From the NCBI GenBank assembly GCA_963789395.1, contig CAWBKP010000009.1, positions 1 through 64,000 on the forward strand: DNA of 64,000 nucleotides, written 5' to 3'. Below, piece after piece: positions 41,415 to 52,404 of the stretch (the stretch's first letter is position 1; every line of letters starts with the position of its first letter). This DNA is from an uncultured delta proteobacterium. Its GTDB lineage: Bacteria; Desulfobacterota; Desulfobacteria; Desulfobacterales; Desulfatirhabdiaceae. The notes beneath the pieces were generated by a model. That model was not told the DNA's origin. It made no database searches and worked only from the letters and a program-made list of their open reading frames with translations. A program made the translations under genes and the position numbers.

Positions 41415-43583
41415 ATGAAATCGAAACTGAATCGAGGGAATTGGATTTTGATAGTCTTTATTTTTCTGACGGTGTTTTCTCAGCTCATTTCCGTTTCAAT
41501 TGCCGCACCCTTGAATCGTTACGGGGTTGAATCAGACAATCCTTACGTTACCAGGCGCTTTGTCCACGGCGCAAGATTCATTGATGAGGTGATTGTTCCG
41601 GGTCGCCCGCCAGAAAATTATCAGGCTCAAGATGCTATTTTATTCGAATCCAGTTCAGCTGTTGGACCAAACCTGCTTTCAAATGTTCCTGCATTCGATT
41701 GGAGTTATGGCTGTTCTGCTACCTCTGCAGCCATGATGTTCGGGTATTACGACAATACGGGGTACCCGAATCTTTATACCGGACCGACCAATGGCGGTGT
41801 AATGCCCCATGACCAATGCCGTATGGGGCCCGGGGGAGTGTCCGTTAAGTGCTACACGTCAGGGACTTGACGCGCGAACACAAAGGGGCATGTGGATGAT
41901 TATTGGATTTCGTATGGATCCACTGCCCCAGATCCTTATATCAATAATAATGGCCCGAACACACCCAGGGGGAATGCACCGGCGATTTCATGGGTACCAA
42001 TCAATCCAGCAAATCAAATATTGATGGATCGACCTCGTTTTTTTTCGCAACGAACGGCAGTCCGCTATATGATTATTCCGGCTCAGAACCCAGCCGGCGG
42101 GATGGATGTCACGGCATGAAGCTTTTTTTTGAGAGCCGTGGATACACTGTAAATTCGAATTATTCTCAATATATTAAGGGATATAATGGCAATATCAATG
42201 GGTTTACATTCTGCACAGTACAAGCAGGAAATCGATGCCGGAAGACCGGTACTGATCCAGTTGAATGGTCATACCATGCTGGGATACGGGTATAATGACA
42301 CGGGTTCACTGATTTATTTTCATGATACCTGGAATTATTTATCCCATGAAATGACTTGGGGAGGAAGTTATTCGGGAATGCAGCATTATGGCGTGACTGT
42401 TTTTATTCCGACCCAAGCACAGGCACAAACAGTTGCTTTGACCGCAAGTGCCGGACCCGGCGGTACCATCAGCCCGACCGGATCGGTTTCGGTAACTTAT
42501 GGCTCCAACAAGACGTTCACCATAACACCTTCCACCGGCTATTCCGTATCCAGTGTTCGGGTGGACGACATTGCCATTACCACAATTCCGGCAACCGGCG
42601 GCACCTATACCTTCACCAATATCACGGCATCACATACCATTTCCGCCACCTTTAAGCTGATAACAAGGTCCTCAAGGACAAGTCCAGTATCGAGAACAAG
42701 TCCAGTGCCGAGAACAAGTCCAGTGCCGAGAACACCCAGGAGCTGGGTTACAAATCTGTGGTCCCAAACGCCCTCTTCTTCAACATCAGGGATGCTTGCA
42801 TCCGGAAAAGTGGATTCCGATAATGAAGAGGACCTGATCGCCACCTGGCCCTCGGGTTTGTATGTGCGACTGTCTACTTCCGGGCAGTGGGTCCGCCTGA
42901 GCCAAACACCGCCTGACTGGATTACCGCCGCCGATCTGAATGATGACGGCCTTGACGACATCATCGGCAGCTGGCCGGATGATGGCGTGTACGCCCTGGA
43001 TTCTGCAACCTGCAAATGGACCAAACTCGCGATACCGGCCCGGCAGCTGATTGTTGCCAATATCAGCGGCAATGGCAGTGATGATCTGGTGGGTGTTTGG
43101 GATTCCGGTCTGTGGGTGCGTTGGAGCACCGATTCCACGTGGCAGAAAATCGATGAATCGATTCCGGTCTGCATTGCAGCCGCTGACATGACCGGTAACG
43201 GTCAGTCAGATATCATCGCCAGCAACGAAAGCGGCACTTGGTACCGTGATTCGTCTTCTGAAACCTGGAAATATATTGCCCTACCGGCCGAGCAGCTGAT
43301 CACAAGCGATATTGACGGAGACGGCCTGGATGATTTGGTAGGCATCTGGCCGGACGGCGTTTGGGCAAGATATGGCGGGACAGGGAAGTGGCAACACATC
43401 ACGACATCCAAGCCATTGCCGCTCGAAACCGGCAGAATTTCAAACACCATCCAACCCAGCGGTTCGACTGCCGATCCGTCAGCCTCGGGCAAGGAAGTTG
43501 TAGACCTGTCCGATCAAGGACCAGGGAGTCCCTCCGCAAGGGAAATGGTTGTTTTGGAGGTAGACGGCCCTTGTCAAAAATAG
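41415..43583 (+). CDS. Secreted papain-like Cys peptidase (C10/C39-like) with InlB-B-type repeat and FG-GAP/VCBS-like repeats; about three frameshifts
   Basis: Signal peptide; WSYGCSATSAAM; GRPVLI...GHTMLGYGY...HDTW; GGTISPTG...TFTITP; repeated DxNxDGxDDI. Confidence 0.7.
42672..42734 (+). repeat. 18-bp tandem repeat (about 3.5 copies) encoding an (S/P)RTSPV linker
   Basis: CGAGAACAAGTCCAGTGC units. Confidence 0.9.
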
Positions 43584-43742
43584 CTTTACTTTCGTAAGCG
43601 GGAAACAAATAACAACCTTCGATGTGAAGTCGTTTAGTGACGGATGGCAGCGCAAACTGAATCCCTGCCCCAAGAACACTTGGGGCAGCCCCTCATTACA
43701 GGAAACCTGGCCTGCCGAAGACACCAACCAAGAGGATATTGA

Positions 43743-44549
43743 ATGGGAGAACTGGAAACGCTTCTGGAAATCATCCAGGATGTGTCTGCCGGAAAATATT
43801 CCAACGACATCATGTCCCTGACCGGACCCGATACACCCGAGCCGATTCGAATGGTTGCAGAAGCCATGGGACTGATGATGGTCAAGGTGGAGGCCAGGGA
43901 ATATCATCTGGAGATGCTCGTTTCAGAGCTGAAGTCGCTCAACGAAAAAATCCGCAGAAACACGATCAACACCGTATCCACCATGGCAAATGCCCTTGCT
44001 GCCAGAGACCCCTATACAAAAGGCCACACGGAACGGGTTGCCGATCTGTCCGAGCAGATCGCAAGGGAAATGGGACTTGAGGGCAAGGATGTCGAATATA
44101 TCCGCCTGGGCGGGTTGCTGCATGACATCGGGAAAATCGGTTTCCCGGATGAATTGTTTCAACCGCATCAGGCAAAGAACCCGCCGGAAATCGTAAAGCG
44201 GATTACCAAACATCCTGAAGTCGGTGCGGAAATATTGCGGGAACTGGACTTTCTGGGACCGGCACTGGAATATGTCCGATCCCACCACGAGCGTCCGGAC
44301 GGCAAAGGGTACCCGAATCGATTGCGGGATGCCGACATCCCGCTGGGCGCCAAAATCATCGCCGTGGCCGATTCATTCGATGCCATGACAACGGAACGCC
44401 CCTATCAGAAGGCCATGACGCCCAATGCCTCTCTGGAAATATTTCAACGCAATGCCGGGACGAAATGGGATGCAGAATGCATTGCAGCCCTGGGGCGATA
44501 CCTGGCCAAGCCCGCCCTCAACCCATCAGCGGCGAAAGCCGAAGCTTGA
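43743..44549 (+). CDS. HD-GYP cyclic-dinucleotide phosphodiesterase
   Basis: RDPYTKGH, LHDIGK, HHERPDGKGYP, ADSFDAMTTERPY. Confidence 0.9.
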   Translation: MGELETLLEIIQDVSAGKYSNDIMSLTGPDTPEPIRMVAEAMGLMMVKVEAREYHLEMLVSELKSLNEKIRRNTINTVSTMANALAARDPYTKGHTERVADLSEQIAREMGLEGKDVEYIRLGGLLHDIGKIGFPDELFQPHQAKNPPEIVKRITKHPEVGAEILRELDFLGPALEYVRSHHERPDGKGYPNRLRDADIPLGAKIIAVADSFDAMTTERPYQKAMTPNASLEIFQRNAGTKWDAECIAALGRYLAKPALNPSAAKAEA

Positions 44550-45816
44550 TAAAGGAAGACACCGCGCCATAAGCTGTGACAATGGCAAGCCCTGATCCGC
44601 ATTTCTGGCGTATCCAGTCCTGATGCGCCAGAATGGAGCCTGCGGCAAAGAGGGTTGAAAACGCGGGATTTCCGGATGCATCCAGCGGGCGGAAATGCGC
44701 ATCGATTTCAAGCCCTGCCTGGTGGATGGGATGACCCTTTGGATCCAGAAAATCCATTTGATACCAACTGGACCGTGTAACCGGTTGAAATACCGGCAGG
44801 TCAAAGAGCGGCTCACGGACCCGTTTTCGGTCCGCGATCAATCCTTTTCCAAAAAAACGCCCGATAGCCAGCAGAACGCCCCTGCACCGTATTTGCTGCC
44901 CCCGGCTGATGCCGCCCGCAATATCCAGCAGGAATTCATTATCCGGCTCCGGCGTTACGGCAGTGACCCGCTGCTGCAGAAACTGCCGGACCCCTTTTTC
45001 AGGTAGCGCTTTTTCAAACATCTCTTTAAGCCTCAGCCCCGGTACAGAAGGCGGCAGGGTGGGAATCTCAAATATTCCGGCGCCAAGCAGGGCTTCCAGA
45101 TCCGCCTGAACCTCCAGACTGCGGTGAATGCCCAGGATTGCCGGAAGTCCCACGATCTTGGCATTCTGTATATGGGGCAGAAGGATTGCCGCCAGTTTCT
45201 TACGGCTGACACGGGACTCAAGAGATCTGGCCATATACTCGGGAAAGATTTCTCCCAGATGCCCAGAATCCGGAAACGCAATACGGGCGGACCGGAGATC
45301 CGGCCAGTTTTCTCTCAGGTTATCCACGATTTGATGGGCACTGAATCCCTTCAGGCCCTGGATATCCACAATCAGGCCAGGCGGTTTTTCCCGTAGAGCC
45401 AACACCGCATTTTTCATGGTCTGGGGGACACAGCCGGTAAGTTTCAAGGTTCCCTGAGGCGTCATCATTTCAAGGTTGTTCGCTGTTTCCCGGTAATGGG
45501 GAACCCCGGAATCCTTCACAAAAGAAAGATATTCGTCCATCGCGGATTGCATTTCATTTTCAGTCAGCCGGGCATAGGGGTGATCGGGACAATCCTGAAC
45601 CAGCGCGCGTATTCCGGCCCAGGGATTCGTCCACGGCTTTTTTTCTGAAATGGGATGGATACCCAAAATATCCAGAAAACCGCTTGCAAATATGATTTCA
45701 CCGGTAACGCCGATCTGAACGGTTTTGAGTCCGCGATTTGCCGCAAACATCGCCGCTGCCATACCGGTCATTCCGGCACCGATTACCGCCAGATCACAAG
45801 AAACGATTTGGGTCAT
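44518..45816 (-). CDS. glpB: Anaerobic glycerol-3-phosphate dehydrogenase subunit B
   Basis: GAGMTG FAD motif, EIPTLPPSVPGLRL, LFAAGS, CGSGLAI; follows glpA. Confidence 0.9.
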   Translation of the reverse strand: MTQIVSCDLAVIGAGMTGMAAAMFAANRGLKTVQIGVTGEIIFASGFLDILGIHPISEKKPWTNPWAGIRALVQDCPDHPYARLTENEMQSAMDEYLSFVKDSGVPHYRETANNLEMMTPQGTLKLTGCVPQTMKNAVLALREKPPGLIVDIQGLKGFSAHQIVDNLRENWPDLRSARIAFPDSGHLGEIFPEYMARSLESRVSRKKLAAILLPHIQNAKIVGLPAILGIHRSLEVQADLEALLGAGIFEIPTLPPSVPGLRLKEMFEKALPEKGVRQFLQQRVTAVTPEPDNEFLLDIAGGISRGQQIRCRGVLLAIGRFFGKGLIADRKRVREPLFDLPVFQPVTRSSWYQMDFLDPKGHPIHQAGLEIDAHFRPLDASGNPAFSTLFAAGSILAHQDWIRQKCGSGLAIVTAYGAVSSFIKLRLSPLMG

Positions 45817-45822
45817 TCCGAT

Positions 45823-47391
45823 TCAGTTCCCATGTTGAAGTTCCAGATTCAGCAGCCCGCACTGAAGGGCTTCCTGTAGCTCGGCCTGCATGAGCTGCTC
45901 ACCCCAGAGAACCGGGCGAAGCCCTTTCCATCGTTCCCGCAGAAAGCCGCTGATGCAGGTCAGCTCCCGATCGGAATACGCGGCATCCCGGTCATGAAGA
46001 TAAGCGGAAACCCGCAAACTGCAAAAGGCCCCCTGGCAGGGGCCTTTCCCGATCCGACTTCTGAGTGAAATGGATCTGAGATCCGGTTTTATATGCTGAT
46101 CCTGAATCGTTGAGATCACACCTTCCACCACGCTTTTGGGAACCATTTCGCACTCGCACAGCAGCATATCCCCGACGTCATGGGCCTTGAGCCAGAGTTT
46201 CGGCGACAGACCGGGCTCACTCCAGCGGCATTCCGGGCTTGCGGGAAGGGGCTGGGTCCGGGTCAGACAGGGAGTTGATATTCCCAGACGGTGGCAGACC
46301 AGATCCGCGCATTTTTCAGCCATCAGCCGGTACGTCGTCAACTTGCCGCCGGCAATGGTGATAAAATTGGCAAGTCCGTCTTTTTCATGATCCAGAACGG
46401 CAAATCCCCTGCTTTGGGAACGGCCGCCGTTTTCCGCATGGCTTCCCATCAGAGGCCGGACACCGGCATAGGCCCGGATATAGCGGGCCGACTCCAGTGC
46501 CGGAATCATTTGCGAAGCCTGATCGACGATTCTGTCGATTTCGGGAATGGAAGGATGGGCCAGATCCGGCGCATCGATCTGAACCGATGTCGTCCCGAGA
46601 AGGGATACGGTTCCACCGGGTACCAGAATATCCCCGTCCCCGGGAGGCCGCAACCGGTTGATGACCCGCCGGGTGATCCGGTCCGATGTGACCAGAAGCG
46701 ATCCCTTGGAATACACCATGGGGATGGAAATGCCGGCAAGGGCGGCAATCTCGGCTGCCCAGGCTCCGGTCGCATTGATGACCTGGTCGGTTTCTATAAA
46801 TACTTCCTCGCCGCTTTCCGTGTGTTTCAGCCGCACCCGGCGAATCCGCCCCTTTTCCGTCTTGAACTCCAGCACCTGGTGACGGCAGAGCAGGGTTGCC
46901 CCCAGTTTCCGGGCATGGGAGATGTTTTCCAGGGAAAGCTTGAACGGATCAATCGAAGCATCCGGTGTGAGATATGCGGCGATCACCCGGTCTGAAAGTT
47001 CCGGTTCCAGTTCCCTGGCCAACTTGGGATCTATCGCCTCCAGGGGGATGCCGCAACGGGCGCACAGCTTCGGAAATTCCTCAATATAAGCGGCGTCATC
47101 CCCTTCGATGGCCACAAACATCCCGCCGGTGTCTTCCACGCAGTGGGGCGCCAATGCTTTGAGAAGCAGGTTTTCCTCCCGGCATTCCATTGCAGTCATG
47201 ACGTCATTCAGGACATAACGCGCACCGCTGTGCAACAGGCCGTGATTGCTTCCCGATGCGCCGGCATTGATGTCTGCGCGTTCGACCAGGATACAGGCGA
47301 CACCCCGAAGGGCAAGGTCCCGGGCGATTCCCGTGCCGGTTGCTCCGCCCCCGATGATCAGGGCCTGGGTTTTATGAAATTGTGTCAACAA
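45823..47391 (-). CDS. glpA: Anaerobic glycerol-3-phosphate dehydrogenase subunit A
   Basis: GGGATGTGIARDLALRG, NHGLLHSGARY, GGKLTTYRLMAE, CECE and GPCQGAFC. Confidence 0.95.
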   Translation of the reverse strand: MLTQFHKTQALIIGGGATGTGIARDLALRGVACILVERADINAGASGSNHGLLHSGARYVLNDVMTAMECREENLLLKALAPHCVEDTGGMFVAIEGDDAAYIEEFPKLCARCGIPLEAIDPKLARELEPELSDRVIAAYLTPDASIDPFKLSLENISHARKLGATLLCRHQVLEFKTEKGRIRRVRLKHTESGEEVFIETDQVINATGAWAAEIAALAGISIPMVYSKGSLLVTSDRITRRVINRLRPPGDGDILVPGGTVSLLGTTSVQIDAPDLAHPSIPEIDRIVDQASQMIPALESARYIRAYAGVRPLMGSHAENGGRSQSRGFAVLDHEKDGLANFITIAGGKLTTYRLMAEKCADLVCHRLGISTPCLTRTQPLPASPECRWSEPGLSPKLWLKAHDVGDMLLCECEMVPKSVVEGVISTIQDQHIKPDLRSISLRSRIGKGPCQGAFCSLRVSAYLHDRDAAYSDRELTCISGFLRERWKGLRPVLWGEQLMQAELQEALQCGLLNLELQHGN

Positions 47392-47403
47392 ATCCCTCCC
47401 TTA

Positions 47404-48510
47404 TCAGTAGATTGCCAGGGTCGTTGCCGCGTCAAAAATATGAAGCTGGTTGAGGTTCAGGGCAACCCTGACCTGATCATCCAGGCGGATCATGCTTTTC
47501 CCGTCGCACCGGGCGATAAATGACGCCCCATCAAAGCGGATGTGGACATGGGACTCGTTTCCAAGAGGCTCGACCACATCCACAATGCCATTAATCTTCC
47601 AGGTTTCCGGAAACGGCCCTTCGCTGTCCGCCACGATGAGGTCTTCCGTGCGAAGTCCCATGATAACCGGCTGACCTTCCTCAAACGCCCTTCCAGAAAG
47701 CAGCGGCTTATCCGGAACCGGAACCTGAAATTTCCCGCTGAAGTCCAGATTCCACCCCGTGTCGTTTTTAACCATGCGTGCGGGAACCAGGTTCATGGGA
47801 GGGCTCCCGATAAAGCCCGCCACAAACGTATTTGCCGGATTCTGAAACAGCTCGATGGGGTTTCCCACCTGTTCGATATGTCCGTCCCGAAGCACCACGA
47901 TACGATCCGCAAGGGTCATGGCCTCCACCTGGTCGTGGGTGACATAAATGACCGTGGACTGCACCCTGTGGTGCAGCCGTTTGATTTCCGCGCGCATCTG
48001 GGTTCGAAGCTTGGCATCCAGGTTGGAAAGCGGTTCATCGAACAAAAAAACCGCCGGCTTTCGCACAATGGCCCTTCCCATTGCCACCCGCTGGCGCTGA
48101 CCGCCGGAGAGCTCAAAAGGCTTTCGCAGCAACAACTGTTCCAGACCCAGAATTTCCGCGGCTTCCTGAACCCGTGAGTTGATTTCATCCCGCGGCGTTT
48201 TCTTGAGCTTCAGTCCAAAAGACATGTTATCCATCACGTTCATGTGCGGATACAGGGCGTAATTCTGAAACACCATCGCGATATTCCTGTCCTTGGGAGC
48301 AATGTCGTTGACCACGCGATCGCCGATACGGATCACGCCGGCGGTGATTTTCTCAAGTCCGGCGACCATCCGCAGAATGGTGGATTTCCCGCACCCCGAC
48401 GGGCCCACCAGAACAATGAATTCCCTGCTCTCGATACAAAGGGATACGCCATGAACGACTTCAACCTTTCCGAACTGCTTGACCACCTGCTCCAGTATAA
48501 CATTAGCCAT
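47404..48510 (-). CDS. ugpC: sn-glycerol-3-phosphate ABC transporter ATPase
   Basis: [40 protein letters not shown]; genomic context. Confidence 0.9.
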   Translation of the reverse strand: MANVILEQVVKQFGKVEVVHGVSLCIESREFIVLVGPSGCGKSTILRMVAGLEKITAGVIRIGDRVVNDIAPKDRNIAMVFQNYALYPHMNVMDNMSFGLKLKKTPRDEINSRVQEAAEILGLEQLLLRKPFELSGGQRQRVAMGRAIVRKPAVFLFDEPLSNLDAKLRTQMRAEIKRLHHRVQSTVIYVTHDQVEAMTLADRIVVLRDGHIEQVGNPIELFQNPANTFVAGFIGSPPMNLVPARMVKNDTGWNLDFSGKFQVPVPDKPLLSGRAFEEGQPVIMGLRTEDLIVADSEGPFPETWKINGIVDVVEPLGNESHVHIRFDGASFIARCDGKSMIRLDDQVRVALNLNQLHIFDAATTLAIY

Positions 48511-48542
48511 GATACGGTCCTATTTTAGGATATAAATGATAT

Positions 48543-48718
48543 CTGAACAGAGCGTTAGTTCAGGCGAAATCCGAATATCGAAATTCCAAATCCGAAACAA
48601 CTTCAAAATCAAAATATCAACACTGCTAAACCACCAGTTCGAAAACAAGTCGTCATACGCATTAATTTTATTGAAATTTTGGCCTTGTTGCGAATTTCAT
48701 GCTTCGAATTTAAGGCAT
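48543..48718 (+). repeat. Heptamer-repeat palindromic intergenic element (AAATCCG/AATATCG type), copy 1
   Basis: CTGAAC..GTTCAG hairpin, AAATCCG-type heptamers, then complementary CGAATTT units. Confidence 0.7.
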
Positions 48719-48973
48719 TCGCTCTGACGTCATATTCTGTAACATCGAGTGTTAAAAACCATGTTTCCAGGGTTCAAGTCAAGCATTCTTTATCAATCGC
48801 AGAAGATGCGTCCGTTTGCTGCATGGCACCGGTCGTCAAGATTTAATCTTGACTCAAATGGATATTGCCGTTATAGGCCATAGAGATAAACAATCGTCAA
48901 TTTATGCCGCATCCAAGATATTGTCCACAGTCAATTGATCTATCCGAATCACTTTTCCAAAAGGAGGGTTTAA

Positions 48974-50287
48974 ATGAAACTAAGACAGTTTACAGGTGTT
49001 CTGGCAATGGGGATTCTGACGTTTTTTCTGGCATCGGATTTGATGGCCGCTCCCGTTGAAATACAGTTCTGGCATGCACAAAGAGGTCCACGGGAGGAGA
49101 CACTGAATAAAATTGTGGACGCCTACAACAAATCCCAGACAAAATTTCAGGTCGTCGCATCCTACAAAGGCTCTTATGACGAAACCATGAATGCCGGCAT
49201 TGCGGCTTTCCGGTCAAAAAAACAGCCGCACATTCTTCAGGTCTATGAAGTCGGAACCCAGACCATGATGCTTTCAAATGCCATTTACCCGGTATTCAAC
49301 CTGATGAAGGATACGGGTCACAAAATCGACTGGAAATCCTATCTCCAGCCGGTTCTCTCCTATTATGTCTCGTCAAAGGGCGAACTGCAGTCCATGCCGT
49401 TTAACTCCTCGACACCGATCATGTATTACAACAAGGACCTTTTCAAGAAAGCCGGAATCGCCGGCCCACCCAGGACCTGGGACGAAATGGGCGAATGCAC
49501 CAAAAAGCTGGTGGACTCCGGCGTCGAATACGGCATGACGACGGCCTGGCAGACCTGGGTCATGATCGAAAACTACAGCGCCATCCAGAACATTCCGCTT
49601 GCCACCAAAGCCAACGGATTTGACGGACTGGACACCCAGCTGACCATCAACAATCCCATGGTGATACACCACATGGAACGGCTGAAGACCTGGCTGGATG
49701 ACAAACGATTCACATATGAGGAACGGGAGTATAAAGGCCCGGAAGCTGCCTTCATCTCCGGCAAATGCGCCATTCTGATGGACAGCATCAGCGCCATCGG
49801 GGCCTTGAAGAAAAACGTCAAATTCGACTGGGGCGCGGCCCCCCTTCCGGTGGAAGCCTCCATGAAAGACCCCCAGAACAGCATCATCGGCGGCGCATCC
49901 CTGTGGGTGTTAAAAGGCCACCCCAAGGCGGAATATCAGGGCGTTGCGGATTTTCTTGCTTTTCTGGCAAACGAGGACATGCAGATTCTCTGGCACAAGG
50001 AAACCGGCTATTTCCCCATTACTCTGACGGCTTACAACAAACTGAAGGCCGACGGTTACTACCAGCAGGAACCGCTTCAGGAAGTGGGAATCCTTCAGAT
50101 GACCCGCAGAGACCCCACCGTGAATTCTCGGGGAATCCGGCTGGGAAGCTTTCCCCAGATCCGCGATGTCATGAACGAAGAGCTGGAAATGCTCTGGCAG
50201 GGCAAAAAAACCGCCAAGCAGGCACTGGATGAAGCAGTCAGCAGAAGCAACGAGATCCTAAGTCAATTTGCGAAGCGCAGCAAATAA
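48974..50287 (+). CDS. ugpB: sn-glycerol-3-phosphate-binding periplasmic protein
   Basis: IQFWH, PHILQVYEVGT, SMPFNSSTP, IGGASLWV, RGIRLG. Confidence 0.92.
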   Translation: MKLRQFTGVLAMGILTFFLASDLMAAPVEIQFWHAQRGPREETLNKIVDAYNKSQTKFQVVASYKGSYDETMNAGIAAFRSKKQPHILQVYEVGTQTMMLSNAIYPVFNLMKDTGHKIDWKSYLQPVLSYYVSSKGELQSMPFNSSTPIMYYNKDLFKKAGIAGPPRTWDEMGECTKKLVDSGVEYGMTTAWQTWVMIENYSAIQNIPLATKANGFDGLDTQLTINNPMVIHHMERLKTWLDDKRFTYEEREYKGPEAAFISGKCAILMDSISAIGALKKNVKFDWGAAPLPVEASMKDPQNSIIGGASLWVLKGHPKAEYQGVADFLAFLANEDMQILWHKETGYFPITLTAYNKLKADGYYQQEPLQEVGILQMTRRDPTVNSRGIRLGSFPQIRDVMNEELEMLWQGKKTAKQALDEAVSRSNEILSQFAKRSK

Positions 50288-50407
50288 ATCCGGATTTAAG
50301 ACCGAAGGCTGAAGACTGAAGGACAAAAGAGAACAGCTAACAGCAGGTTCTTCCGTCTTCAGCCTGAACACCTGTTGTCACCCACTTGAAGGTTATCGCG
50401 ATTATCC

Positions 50408-51298
50408 ATGCTGAAACGTTCTTTTTTTTCCAGCAAATACCTGCCTTACCTGTTGATTCTGCCCCAGACACTTGTCATTTTGACATTTTTCTACTGGCCG
50501 GCAACCCAGGCGCTTTTCCAGTCCTTTATGCTGAGCGATCCTTTTGGTGTAAATTCCCAGTTTGTATGGCTGGATAATTTCAGCCGCCTGTTTACAGATC
50601 ACCTATATTGGAAATCCATCGGCATTACATTTTTTTTCAGTTTTTCAACCGCTCTGCTGTCCATTTCAACCGGGCTCCTGGTGGCTGCCATGGCCAACCG
50701 GGCATTAAAAGCCAAAGCGGTTATCCGGACGTTTCTGATCTGGCCCTATGCCATTGCCCCGGCCATCTCCGGAATTGTGTGGCTGTTTCTGTTTCATCCT
50801 TCTTTCGGCGTAATCGCATACTCGGTCATGCGCTGGTTCGGTATTCACTGGAACCCGATTCTGGACGGAAACGACGCACTGTTTCTGGTGATTATCGCCA
50901 GCGCCTGGAAGCAGATCAGCTATAATTTTGTTTTTTTCATCGCAGGGCTTCAGTCCATTCCCAAATCACTGATCGAGGCCGCTGCCATTGACGGCGCAAG
51001 CCCCCTTCGCCGTTTCTGGGTGATCACCTTTCCCCTGCTGTCCCCTACCCTGTTTTTTCTTCTGGTCATGAACGTGGTATACGCATTTTTCGAAACCTTC
51101 GGCATCATCCACACGGTCACCCAGGGAGGACCTGGCGGCGCCACCATGACCATGGTCTATAAGGTTTACAAGGACGGCTTCGTGGGGCTGGACCTGGGAT
51201 CATCCGCAGCCCAGTCGGTCGTTCTGATGATCGTGATCGTTACCCTGACAGCCCTGCAGTTCAAATATGTGGAAAAAAAGGTGCAGTACACGGGATAA
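50408..51298 (+). CDS. ugpA: G3P ABC permease
   Basis: LPYLLILPQ, WKQISYNF, EAAAIDGA, DLGSSAAQSV. Confidence 0.92.
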   Translation: MLKRSFFSSKYLPYLLILPQTLVILTFFYWPATQALFQSFMLSDPFGVNSQFVWLDNFSRLFTDHLYWKSIGITFFFSFSTALLSISTGLLVAAMANRALKAKAVIRTFLIWPYAIAPAISGIVWLFLFHPSFGVIAYSVMRWFGIHWNPILDGNDALFLVIIASAWKQISYNFVFFIAGLQSIPKSLIEAAAIDGASPLRRFWVITFPLLSPTLFFLLVMNVVYAFFETFGIIHTVTQGGPGGATMTMVYKVYKDGFVGLDLGSSAAQSVVLMIVIVTLTALQFKYVEKKVQYTG

Positions 51299-51303
51299 GC
51301 AAC

Positions 51304-52224
51304 ATGGTTGAAAAAACGCCCTGGCTGGATGTCTTGACCTATACCCTGCTGATTCTGGGAATCGGCATTGTCGGATTTCCCATTTTCTACACCATTGTTG
51401 CGGCTACGCTCCCGCTTGAGGAAGTGGCCAGGATTCCCATGCCGCTTATTCCCGGCGATCAGCTTCTGGTCAATTTAAAAACAGCCTGGATCAAAGGCAA
51501 TCTGGGCATCCAGATGTGGAATTCTTTTGTCATGGCGGCAGGCATTACCGTCGGAAAGATTTCCGTTTCCATGCTGGCGGCTTTTGCCATTGTCTATTTT
51601 GATTTTCGCTTCCGGAAAATCGCCTTCGTGTCGGTTTTCTGCACCCTGATGCTGCCTGTAGAGGTCCGGATTCTGCCCACTTACGAAGTGACAGCCAATA
51701 TCTTCGGCCCGATTCAGCGGATACTGGAAGTGTTTCATGTGGATACGCTCATCGGATTTTTCACGGGGAGCCGGTATCGTATCTCCATAGAGCTCAGCCT
51801 GCTGGACAGTTATGCCGGCCTTATTCTTCCCCTGGTCGCCTCTGCAACCGCCACGTTTCTGTTTCGCCAGTTTTACCTGACGGTTCCGGAAGAACTCTGC
51901 GAAGCCGCCAAAATCGACGGGGCATCGCCCATGAAGTTTTTTACAAAGATTCTGCTCCCGCTTTCCAAAACCAATATTGCCGCCTTGATCGTTATTGATT
52001 TTGTCTATGGCTGGAACCAGTATCTCTGGCCCCTGTTGATCACCACCAACCCGAGGATGTCCACAGCTGTTATCGGGCTAAAACGCCTGATCCCCCAGAT
52101 GGATGATCTTCCCACCTGGAACGTGGCTTTGGCCGGAGCCCTTCTGGTCATGCTGCCGCCGGTTCTGGTCGTGCTTTTCATGCAGCGGTGGTTTGTCAAA
52201 GGCCTGGTGGATACCGAAAAATAA
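51304..52224 (+). CDS. ugpE: G3P ABC permease
   Basis: TLMLPVEVRI, ASATATFLFRQF, WNQYLWP, QRWFVKGLVDTEK. Confidence 0.92.
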   Translation: MVEKTPWLDVLTYTLLILGIGIVGFPIFYTIVAATLPLEEVARIPMPLIPGDQLLVNLKTAWIKGNLGIQMWNSFVMAAGITVGKISVSMLAAFAIVYFDFRFRKIAFVSVFCTLMLPVEVRILPTYEVTANIFGPIQRILEVFHVDTLIGFFTGSRYRISIELSLLDSYAGLILPLVASATATFLFRQFYLTVPEELCEAAKIDGASPMKFFTKILLPLSKTNIAALIVIDFVYGWNQYLWPLLITTNPRMSTAVIGLKRLIPQMDDLPTWNVALAGALLVMLPPVLVVLFMQRWFVKGLVDTEK

Positions 52225-52230
52225 AGAGCG

Positions 52231-52387
52231 CCTGAATGGGTAGTCTGTTCAGGAAAAATCCTGAATATCGAAATCCGAAACAACTTCCAATACCAAAACG
52301 GCTAAAATTTTCCGAACGGAAACACCCTGTTTTGAACATTATGATTTTGGTCAGTGTTTCGAATTTCGTGCTTCGGATTTCGAATTT
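52231..52387 (+). repeat. Heptamer-repeat palindromic intergenic element, copy 2
   Basis: CCTGAA..GTTCAGG hairpin, GAATATCGAAATCCGAAACAACTTC shared with copy 1, ends TTCGGATTTCGAATTT. Confidence 0.7.
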
Positions 52388-52404
52388 ATAATTGAAGGAT
52401 TGAC

